Part shown: one piece after another, positions 56,326 through 64,000 of the stretch
How the letters are laid out: each line of letters starts with the position of its first letter
Position numbering within the stretch: the stretch's first letter is position 1
NCBI GenBank assembly: GCA_965213685.1
Contig: CBDBZY010000013.1
Location: forward strand, 61,987 to 125,986
Length of the DNA stretch: 64,000 bases
Reading direction: 5' to 3'
DNA from: a bacterium
Lineage (GTDB): Bacteria; UBA8248
Position numbers and translations under genes: made by a program
Notes under the pieces: generated by a model
The model's input: the letters and a program-made list of their open reading frames with translations, nothing else
What the model was told of the DNA's origin: nothing
Databases searched by the model: none

Positions 56326-57672
56326 GTGAGCCGTCTCATCGCCCGCACCATCCGAATCTCCGTCGTCATCGCCCTCGTCTCCCCGCTCCCGGGCGCGGCG
56401 CCGACCGAGGCCGCGCGCCCGGGCAGGCGCCCCCCGCCGCTGGTGTCTGTGGCCGAGGTGGTGGAGCGACGGGTGCGAAACCGCCTCACCGCCGTGGGCA
56501 GCGTGGCTCCCTACCGGAAGTCCGTCGTGAGCAGCGAGCTCGAGGGAAGGGTGGAGTCGGCCCCGCTCCAGGTGGGGGACTTCGTCCGCGCGAACGAAAC
56601 CGTGCTGGCGACGGTGCGGCGCTCGGGGCTGGAGATCGAGCTGCGCGTCCTGCGTGCTGAGCTCGAGAAGGCGCGGCAGGACGCGCTGCGCCTCGAACGC
56701 GGCAGCCGTCCGGAGGAGATAGCGGCGCTTCAGGCCAGGGCGAAAGAGCGGGAGGCGCAGATGCGGCGCCATGAGCTGGAGCTCCGGCGCGCCCGGGATT
56801 TGTATGATCGGAAGGTGCTGGATCGGGCCAGCTACGATCGCGCCGAGGCCGCTTTCGAGGCCGGTTGGCAACTCTACGAGGAGGCCTTCCACAAACTGGA
56901 GCTCTCGAAGCTCGGCCCCAGGGAGGAGGAGAAGGCCCGCGCCCGCGCCGAGGTGCGCCGGGTGCGGGCGCGGATAGCGCGGGTGCGCGACGACCTGGCC
57001 AGGGCAGAGATTCGCTCCCCGCTAACGGGCTTCGTCACCAAGGAGTGGGTGGAGGTCGGCCAGTGGCTGACCAAGGGCGGGCGCGTGGCCGAGGTCATCG
57101 AGCTCGACCGCGTGCTGGTGCGCGCGCCGATTGCGGAGCGCCAGGTATCGCTGGTGCGCGTCGGCGACGGGGCGCGCGTCCGCATCGACGCGCTCCAGGG
57201 CCGGGCGTTCACGGGCCGGGTCCGCGCCATCATCCCCCAGGCGGACCCCAAGAGCCGCACGTTTCCGGTGGAGGTGGAGATACGCAACACCAAATCCTAC
57301 GATCTCAAGGAGGGGATGTTCGCCCGCCTGACCCTCGAATACGGCGAGGCGGCCAGGATGCTCCTGGTGCCCAAGGACGCTCTGATCCTCCGGACGCGGG
57401 GGGCTTCGGTGTTCGTCCTGGAAAACGGGCGCGTTCGCGAGGTGTCGTTTCGCCAGGGCAGGAGCGTGGATTCTTTCGTGGAAGCCCCGGCAGGCGCGCT
57501 GCGAGCCGGGATGCGGGTGGTGGTGAAGGGAAACGAGAACCTGAGAGCCAACATGCCCGTTCGCGTTCTGGGCGCGCGGCCCCCGGGTGCGGGACGCCCC
57601 GGCGGGAGAGGCGGCTTCGGGAGGAAAAAGCCCACGGCGGACGCGGCCCCCAGGCACAAGGCGGGCGGGTGA
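56326..57672 (+). CDS. RND efflux periplasmic adaptor (MFP) subunit
   Basis: G.V...., coiled coil G.R.EEI, I.SP..G, P.AD..SRTF.V, GMFA, VPKDA. Confidence 0.9.
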   Translation: MSRLIARTIRISVVIALVSPLPGAAPTEAARPGRRPPPLVSVAEVVERRVRNRLTAVGSVAPYRKSVVSSELEGRVESAPLQVGDFVRANETVLATVRRSGLEIELRVLRAELEKARQDALRLERGSRPEEIAALQARAKEREAQMRRHELELRRARDLYDRKVLDRASYDRAEAAFEAGWQLYEEAFHKLELSKLGPREEEKARARAEVRRVRARIARVRDDLARAEIRSPLTGFVTKEWVEVGQWLTKGGRVAEVIELDRVLVRAPIAERQVSLVRVGDGARVRIDALQGRAFTGRVRAIIPQADPKSRTFPVEVEIRNTKSYDLKEGMFARLTLEYGEAARMLLVPKDALILRTRGASVFVLENGRVREVSFRQGRSVDSFVEAPAGALRAGMRVVVKGNENLRANMPVRVLGARPPGAGRPGGRGGFGRKKPTADAAPRHKAGG

Positions 57673-57698
57673 GGCGGACGCGCCTGAGGCGGCCCGCG

Positions 57699-58484
57699 TC
57701 ATGCCGCCTGAAGGATGCGCTCGAATTCATCCGGCCGAGACCAACGAGCTACTTCCGAGTGTGTCTCCACCAGGCGGAAATCCTCCTCGCGCCATACGTC
57801 TGCCTTGTCGTCGAAGAGCGAAACGAACTCCACGGGGGGTTGGCTGTCTTTTACTTTGAGATGATGGAGATCGAAGCACCCCGCTAGGGCGTGTTCCGTT
57901 ATGCGTCGCGCGGCCCCGCGCGAGCCGGTGCTCAGCAAAAAAATCAGTGAAATGCGACAATCGGTGCGGACCTGGTAGTCGATGGGCCAATTTCGCCCCG
58001 ATCTGCCCTGCCTCTTTACTGCCTGCTCAAAGGACATTTCTTTTTCGAGAAGCCACTCTCTGACTTCGTCCGCCACCGTTTCGATTGCTCGCGTACGCAG
58101 CGTGAACCACAAATCGGAGACGCGCACGGCCGCCTGTGCGAGGCGAAGCACGGATTCCCCCAATGCGTTTGCCGGGACGAATCGCAGGGTGAGTTGGCCG
58201 CGGTCTAGTTCCACGCCCAAGGTTTCGCATGTGTCCTCGACCATGCGGTTTTGCCTGGGGGAGCGCCGGCCTCCCACGGATTGCATGCGGAGCCAGCCCA
58301 GGGTCTGTCCGAAATCGGTGATCTTGTAGCGCCCATCGTTCTCTAACACGAATACGTCCACCACGCCCCCATCCGGATACATCAATGGAGTGCGGACGCG
58401 CATGCCCTCTCGCGGAGCGGGCGAGCATTCAAAAAGAGGAGGCAACGTTTCTCGCATAGAACCACGCAATTCTTCTATGTTCAC
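57699..58484 (-). CDS. DUF1828-like protein with predicted nuclease-like C-terminal domain
   Basis: RTP..YPDG..VD, ITD.G.T...L and G.SG..W.ID; AT-richer than its neighbours. Confidence 0.75.
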   Translation of the reverse strand: MNIEELRGSMRETLPPLFECSPAPREGMRVRTPLMYPDGGVVDVFVLENDGRYKITDFGQTLGWLRMQSVGGRRSPRQNRMVEDTCETLGVELDRGQLTLRFVPANALGESVLRLAQAAVRVSDLWFTLRTRAIETVADEVREWLLEKEMSFEQAVKRQGRSGRNWPIDYQVRTDCRISLIFLLSTGSRGAARRITEHALAGCFDLHHLKVKDSQPPVEFVSLFDDKADVWREEDFRLVETHSEVARWSRPDEFERILQAA

Positions 58485-58548
58485 ATCGGCAACTCCTCCT
58501 GGAAGGCGGGCGGGAGCATCCTCCCCTTGTGCCGAATTCCCGCCTCCG
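58481..58548 (-). pseudogene. Possible 3' remnant of the DUF1828 gene's upstream partner
   Basis: Reads ...EAGIRHKGRMLPPAFQEELPM-stop, with TGA overlapping the DUF1828 GTG; frame closed near 58655. Confidence 0.45.
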
Positions 58549-58789
58549 ATTGGACGTTGGCCCTGAATTCCCGAGCGGGTAAGTGATCCGCATCCTCGCC
58601 CCGGGCAATGTCCGTTCGGATGGCGAGGATATTATGACGCAAAAGGTGCGGGAGCTAAAATGAACGCGACGCCCGGGAGCGAGCGGGGGATGGTCATGGG
58701 AGAGCGGGTGGGGTATATTGCTCCTTCGCCGCCGGCCGTGGATTCGCCGCCTCGTTGCGCGCAGAAACAACGCGGAGGAAGGAGACTGG

Positions 58790-61700
58790 ATGCATCTGCC
58801 CCGCGCGAGCGTGAAATACCCCGTCACCACCACCGTCGGCGTCATTCTGGCGGTGCTCTTCGGCGCGATCAGCCTCTACCGGATTCCGGTGCAGATGACG
58901 CCCACGGTCGATCGGCCCGTCATCACGGTGGAGACCGACTACAAGGGCGCCGCGCCGCTGGAGGTGGAGGAGGAGGTCTCGAAGCCCATCGAGGAGAAGC
59001 TCACCTCGGTGGAGGGCCTCACGCGGATGACCTCCAGCAGCCAGGAGGGAAACTCGCGCGTCGTCCTGGAGTTCGACTGGGGGACGAACAAGGACGTCGC
59101 CCGCCTCGACGTTTCGGAGAAGCTCGGCCTCGTCCGCGACCTCCCCGAGGATTCGGACAGGTCCACCATCAGCGCGCTGAACTCCGACGCGGAGAACCCC
59201 ATCGCCTGGATAGTCGTCGAGACGAAGCGCCCCATCAACGAGGTGCGCGTGGAGGGCGACGACGTCATCCGCCCCAAACTCGAGCGCGTGCCGGGCGTGG
59301 GCCAGGTGTGGATGTTCGGCGGCCAGGACAGGGAGGTGCGCGTCACGCTCGACTACGCGGCCATGAGCGCGCGCGGGATCACGGTCGCCGCGGTGCGGGA
59401 GGCGCTGCGGCGCGAGAACAAGAACACCAAGGCGGGGAAGATTGACGAGGGCAAGCGCAGTTACGCGGTGCGCACGGTGGGGAATTTCACGCGGCTCGAG
59501 CAGCTGCGCGACACCATCGTCGCGCAAAACGCGACCGGCACGGTCTATCTGCGCGACGTGGCGGATGTTTCCTTCGACTATGAGGACACCGTCCGGCGGA
59601 TTCGCATCAACCGGACGCCCACCATGGGCTTCGGGGTGCTGCGAAAGACCGGGGCGAACACCATCGAGGTGATGGCGGGCGTCAAAAAGGCGATCGCCGA
59701 GGTCAACGACATCTACGAGGGCCGCGGCATCCGGCTCCGGCAGGTCTATGACGAGACGGACTACATCCACCAGTCCCGCTCCCTGGTGGTGAACAACATC
59801 TTCCTGGGCGGTGCCCTGGCGATAGGCGTGCTGCTCCTGTTTCTGGGGAGCCTCTCGAGCGTGATCGTCATCGGCGTCGCCATACCGGTCACCGTCGTCG
59901 CCACCTTCATCCTGATCTTCGTGCTGGGCCGCTCCATCAACATCATCTCCCTGGCGGGCATGGCCTTCGCCGTCGGCATGGTGGTGGACAACTCCGTCGT
60001 GGTGCTCGAGAACATCTTCCGGCACCGCGAGATGGGAAAAACCAGATGGGACGCCGCGGTCGATGGCGCGCAGGAGGTCTGGGGGGCGGTGCTGGCCTCG
60101 ACGCTGACCACGCTCGCCGTATTCATCCCCGTGGTGTTCGTGGAGGATGAGTCGGGCCAGCTGTTCCGCGACATCGCCATCGCCATCAGCGTGGCGGTGG
60201 CCCTCTCGCTCGTGGTGTCGATTTCCGTGGTGCCGATGCTGAGTTCGCGCATCTTGAGCGACGCGCGCAAAACCTCCCCGCTCGCCCGCTTTTTTGACGG
60301 GGCGGGGGTGTACGCACTGGGGGGGCGTTGCCGGCGCATCTACGTCGCCTCCCTCGGCTGGCTGCTGGGCGGGGTGCTCAGGCGCGCGCTCGTGGCGGCG
60401 GGGATCACGGCGGGGGCCATCTTCCTGGCGGTTCAGTTCTTCCCCCCCATCGATTATCTGCCCAAGGGCAACCGCAACCTCATGTTCGTGTTTCTGCGCA
60501 CGCCGGCGGGGCTGAACCTCGATGAGGTGGACAGGATCGTGTCGGGGCTGGAGGCGAAGTTCGCGCGCGTCGCCGAGCTGGATCGGTTTTTCGCCGTGGT
60601 GCGCGCGCAAAACCCCATCATCGGCCTCATCGCCAAAAAGGAGCACTCCGACGTCGCCTCGATGCGGCGCCTCGTGGGCCGTCTGTTCGGGTCGCTCCAG
60701 GGCATACCCGGGGTGCGCGCGTTCGTCACCCAGGCGTCCCTGTTCCGGCGGCGGGGTTCGGGCTTCATCGGCGGCGTCAACCTGCAGGTGGACGTCACCG
60801 GAAGCAGCCTGGGCGAGATCCAGCGCATCACCGCCGACGTGGAGGCCAGGGCGCGCCGGCTGGAGGGCGTGCGCTTCGTGAATTCGAGCTTTGACCTGGG
60901 GAATCCGGAGCTGCAGGTGCACGTGGATCGCCAGAAGGCGGCGGAGTTCGGCCTGTCGGTCTCTGAGATCGGCGGCATCGTGGAGACGCTCGTGAACGGA
61001 ACGGGCGCCGGCATTTTCCGGGATGGCGGAAAGGAGCTCGACATCGTCCTGCGGGGGCCGCTCTCCGACTTCGCCCGGACGCAGGGAATCTCCGACATCC
61101 GGGTGCACAGGCCCGAGGGCCGGGTGGTCTCGCTCAGGGACATCGCCGCGGTTCGGGCGGCGCTGGGGCCGACGAAAGTCGAGCACATCGACCGCGACCG
61201 CTCCGTGTCCCTGACGGTCAACATCGGAAACGAGCTGCCGCTCCAGGTGGCCATCGACAAGATGAGGCGCGAGGTCATCGACCCGATGCGCAAGACGCTT
61301 CCGCTCGGCTATTCGCTGGACGTGAGCGGGCGGGCGAAGGACCTGGAGAGAACTTGGGGGGCGCTCAAGTGGTCGCTGCTGCTCGCGCTCCTCATCACCT
61401 ACCTGCTGATGGCGGCCCTGTTCGAGGCGTGGAGCTACCCGTTCATCATCATGTTCAGCGTGCCCTTCGCCGCCACGGGGGGCGTGCTGATGGTGGGCTT
61501 GATGAACCTGATAGAACCATCCGTGAAGATGGACACGCTCACCATGCTGGGCTTCATCATCCTGACGGGCATCGTGGTGAACAACGCGATTTTGCTCGTC
61601 CACCAGGCGCTGAATCATTTTCGGGACGGCCTCGCCATGCGCGACGCGATTCTCGAAAGCGCGCGCGACAGGATGCGCCCCATCTTCATGACGACGACCA

Positions 61701-61981
61701 CGACCGTGCTGGGAATGCTGCCCCTCGTGCTCTCCTCCGGCGCGGGCAGCGAACTCTATCGGGGGCTGGGCGCGGCCGTCCTGGGCGGGTTGGCCACCTC
61801 CACGCTCTTCACCCTGATCCTGATACCGGTCGTGTTCTCGCTGTGGGTGGATTTTCTGGGCTTCTTGCGGCCCGCCAGCGTCGCCGCCGCGCAGGCGGCG
61901 CCCGAGGCGTCGTCCCCGCCGGCGCCGGGCGGCGGCGGAAACGGGCTGCCCGCCGCGCCCGGGAAAGTCGTCAGGCGCTAG
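58790..61981 (+). CDS. RND efflux permease (AcrB/AcrD/AcrF family)
   Basis: GMVVDN.VVVLENI, GIVVNNAI, R.RPI.MT..TT..G..P. Confidence 0.95.
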   Translation: MHLPRASVKYPVTTTVGVILAVLFGAISLYRIPVQMTPTVDRPVITVETDYKGAAPLEVEEEVSKPIEEKLTSVEGLTRMTSSSQEGNSRVVLEFDWGTNKDVARLDVSEKLGLVRDLPEDSDRSTISALNSDAENPIAWIVVETKRPINEVRVEGDDVIRPKLERVPGVGQVWMFGGQDREVRVTLDYAAMSARGITVAAVREALRRENKNTKAGKIDEGKRSYAVRTVGNFTRLEQLRDTIVAQNATGTVYLRDVADVSFDYEDTVRRIRINRTPTMGFGVLRKTGANTIEVMAGVKKAIAEVNDIYEGRGIRLRQVYDETDYIHQSRSLVVNNIFLGGALAIGVLLLFLGSLSSVIVIGVAIPVTVVATFILIFVLGRSINIISLAGMAFAVGMVVDNSVVVLENIFRHREMGKTRWDAAVDGAQEVWGAVLASTLTTLAVFIPVVFVEDESGQLFRDIAIAISVAVALSLVVSISVVPMLSSRILSDARKTSPLARFFDGAGVYALGGRCRRIYVASLGWLLGGVLRRALVAAGITAGAIFLAVQFFPPIDYLPKGNRNLMFVFLRTPAGLNLDEVDRIVSGLEAKFARVAELDRFFAVVRAQNPIIGLIAKKEHSDVASMRRLVGRLFGSLQGIPGVRAFVTQASLFRRRGSGFIGGVNLQVDVTGSSLGEIQRITADVEARARRLEGVRFVNSSFDLGNPELQVHVDRQKAAEFGLSVSEIGGIVETLVNGTGAGIFRDGGKELDIVLRGPLSDFARTQGISDIRVHRPEGRVVSLRDIAAVRAALGPTKVEHIDRDRSVSLTVNIGNELPLQVAIDKMRREVIDPMRKTLPLGYSLDVSGRAKDLERTWGALKWSLLLALLITYLLMAALFEAWSYPFIIMFSVPFAATGGVLMVGLMNLIEPSVKMDTLTMLGFIILTGIVVNNAILLVHQALNHFRDGLAMRDAILESARDRMRPIFMTTTTTVLGMLPLVLSSGAGSELYRGLGAAVLGGLATSTLFTLILIPVVFSLWVDFLGFLRPASVAAAQAAPEASSPPAPGGGGNGLPAAPGKVVRR

Positions 61982-62771
61982 CCGAGTCCGCCAGGAACGC
62001 ATCGACGGCCGCGTTCCACTCCGCGTGGGAGCGGCGGTAGCTGTAATGCCCCCCCTCCTCGAGTATCACGAGCCGCGCGCCCGCTATCGCCCGTTGCAGA
62101 TCCTCGGCGAAGTAGGGCGGGGTGAGGGCGTCGTCTTTCGCGGCGATGATGAGCGATGGCTTGTCGATTCGGTGAATCTCGGCGGTTCGGTCGTGCGTGA
62201 GGGTCATGTCGATGCGCGCGGTGATGACGTCCACCGGCGCGATGGTGTCCTTCTGGCGCGCCTCGAGCTCTAGCAGGTTCTCGTACATGTTGCGGAACTG
62301 CGTCCATCCGCACGTCCACAGCGAGCTGAACCTGATGTATTCCTCCGTCCCGTAGGCCTCGGCGATCTGCTTGCGCGAGGTCTGCAGGCGCGTCATGTAC
62401 GGGTCGGCCTTCGTCCAGGTGTTGGTGAACACGCAGCAGCCGATCCGATCGGGGTAGTCGAGCGCGAGGTTTTGCAGCACGCAGCCGCCCGTGGAGGTCC
62501 CCGCCACATGGGCTTCCTCGATCCCCAGCGCGTCGAGCAGGGCGACGGCGTCCCGGGCGATGTGGCCGGTCGAGTAGGCGTCCGCGGGCTTGTCGCTCTC
62601 GCCCGTGCCCCGGTGGTCAAACGTGACGCAGCGGTAGCGGTCCGAGAAATGGGGAATCTGGAAATCCCAGGCGTCCAGCAGACCCATGAGGCCGGGGATG
62701 AACAAAAACGCCTCGCCCTCTCCCCGTTCCGCGTAGTTCAGGGATATTTCACCGGCTTGAATGCGGGGCAT
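61971..62771 (-). CDS. Alpha/beta fold hydrolase
   Basis: D.RG.G.S, nucleophile elbow GTSTGG, D..TP, GGH. Confidence 0.9.
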   Translation of the reverse strand: MPRIQAGEISLNYAERGEGEAFLFIPGLMGLLDAWDFQIPHFSDRYRCVTFDHRGTGESDKPADAYSTGHIARDAVALLDALGIEEAHVAGTSTGGCVLQNLALDYPDRIGCCVFTNTWTKADPYMTRLQTSRKQIAEAYGTEEYIRFSSLWTCGWTQFRNMYENLLELEARQKDTIAPVDVITARIDMTLTHDRTAEIHRIDKPSLIIAAKDDALTPPYFAEDLQRAIAGARLVILEEGGHYSYRRSHAEWNAAVDAFLADSASA

Positions 62772-62793
62772 GGTGGCCTCTCCTTTCTCTGGT

Positions 62794-63808
62794 TTATTCG
62801 CTCGGGTCGTCGAGTATCTCGGACACCTCCACGCGGCGTCCCTCGCGCGCCGCGCGCACGCCCGCGCGGATGACCGCGAGAGACGATACGGCGGCCGCGC
62901 CATCCATCTCGGGCCGCGCCGTGCCGCGAACGGCGTCCGCGAACTCCTCGAGTTCCTCCACGATGGTGTCGTTCTTCTCGCAGGCGACCTCCCGGGGCGC
63001 CCGCTCTCCCCGGTAGAGGACGCGCAGGCCGTCGAACAGCGTGTAGTAGGCCGTGGCCGTCTTGCCGTAGACGTTCATGAGATAGTACTCCGAGGCCGAG
63101 GCGTAGGCTCGCCGCGAGGTTCGAGACGGCCCCGCATTCGTGCTCGAGGATGAGGTTCGCGACGTCGGGGTTCTCTCCGGGGAGGACGAGCTGCGCCGTC
63201 CGCGCCGAGACGGCGACGACGGGCCCCAAGAGGTAGGTGAGGACGTCGGCGTAGTGAATGCCTATCTGGAGCATGACGCCGCCCGGCATGGCCGCCGCCT
63301 GGTAGCGCCAGTGCCCGGCTTCAAACTGTCCCTCGCGGTCCCTGCTGATGTTGCACTCCGCCTGCACCAGCCTGCCGAACTTGCCCGCCTCGATCTCGCG
63401 CTTGATCCAGCGAAAATGATTCTCCCGCCTCCTCTGGTAGCCGATGGCGAGCACCACGCCCGCCTCCGCGCACGCCCGGGTGAGCGCACGGCCGTCGGCG
63501 ACCGTATGGGCGATGGGCTTGTCCAGAAACACGTGCTTGCCAGCTTGGGCCGCCGCCCGGGTGGTCGCGAGGTGCACGTGGTTCGGCGTGGTGTTGATGA
63601 TGGCCTCGATGGAGGAGTCCGCCAGGATCTCCTCGTAGCTCGCCGCCGCCTCGCAGCCATACTTTCTGGCGAACGCGCAGCGCTTCTCCTCCGAGCGCGT
63701 GTAGCAGGCGGCAATCTCGATCTTGTCGGTCTTGCGGATCGCGTCGGCGAGAACGTCCGACCACCAGCCCATGCCGAGCGACGCGGCGCGGAGGGGTCTT
63801 TCACGCAT
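62794..63808 (-). CDS. Gfo/Idh/MocA oxidoreductase, frameshifted at ~63106
   Basis: GMGWW, TPN..H, GKHVF.DKP, GG...Q.GIH..D; one extra base splits AAS/YAS. Confidence 0.88.
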
Positions 63809-63882
63809 TTTCTCAGGCTCCTTTCGTTGCCGCCCAGATCAGGAGCAAGGAGGAGGGGGCGGCGCGGGGTTCGCGCTCGCGC

Positions 63883-64000
63883 TCAGAAAGCGGCGCCCAC
63901 CGCCTCGACGGCGACGCGGGCGATGGACTCGTCCTGCTCCCAGTCGCCCCCGCTCACGCCGATGCCGCCCAGACACTCGCCCTCACGGATGATCGGGAAG
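63883..64000 (-). CDS. GlcG/HbpS family heme-binding protein (3' part; 5' outside window)
   Basis: Minus strand reads FPIIREGECLGGIGVSGGDWEQDESIARVAVEAVGAAF-stop. Confidence 0.8.
   Translation of the reverse strand, partial: FPIIREGECLGGIGVSGGDWEQDESIARVAVEAVGAAF

Overview
GC-rich bacterial chromosomal segment, probably from a metagenome-assembled genome of a deltaproteobacteria-like lineage (inferred from gene content only). About 70 CDSs and one tRNA-Arg(ACG). Housekeeping genes: an orphan dnaN, thrC, tsaC, purE, rarA, family-4 UDG, coaBC, gmk, yicC, rqcH, hemW, proA and a tandem-domain thyX. Transporters: tupABC, MFS, TctABC, sodium:solute symporter, TAXI-TRAP and RND. There is a large A1-type aa3 cytochrome c oxidase operon with two very small accessory ORFs. 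Two AT-richer insertions stand out: a Panacea (DUF4065) antitoxin plus putative toxin directly after the tRNA, and a DUF1828-like gene with a truncated partner that splits an RND efflux operon. Other notable items are a eukaryote-like PTPS-II overlapping an SDR (candidate biopterin pathway), a sigma54 promoter driving a small membrane protein and a USP that both end in Ala-Ala, and an uncharacterised symporter/TPR module. Six genes each carry one extra base, most likely sequencing errors. No CRISPR array, rRNA, integrase or transposase was seen. All family assignments come from motif recognition, not database searches.
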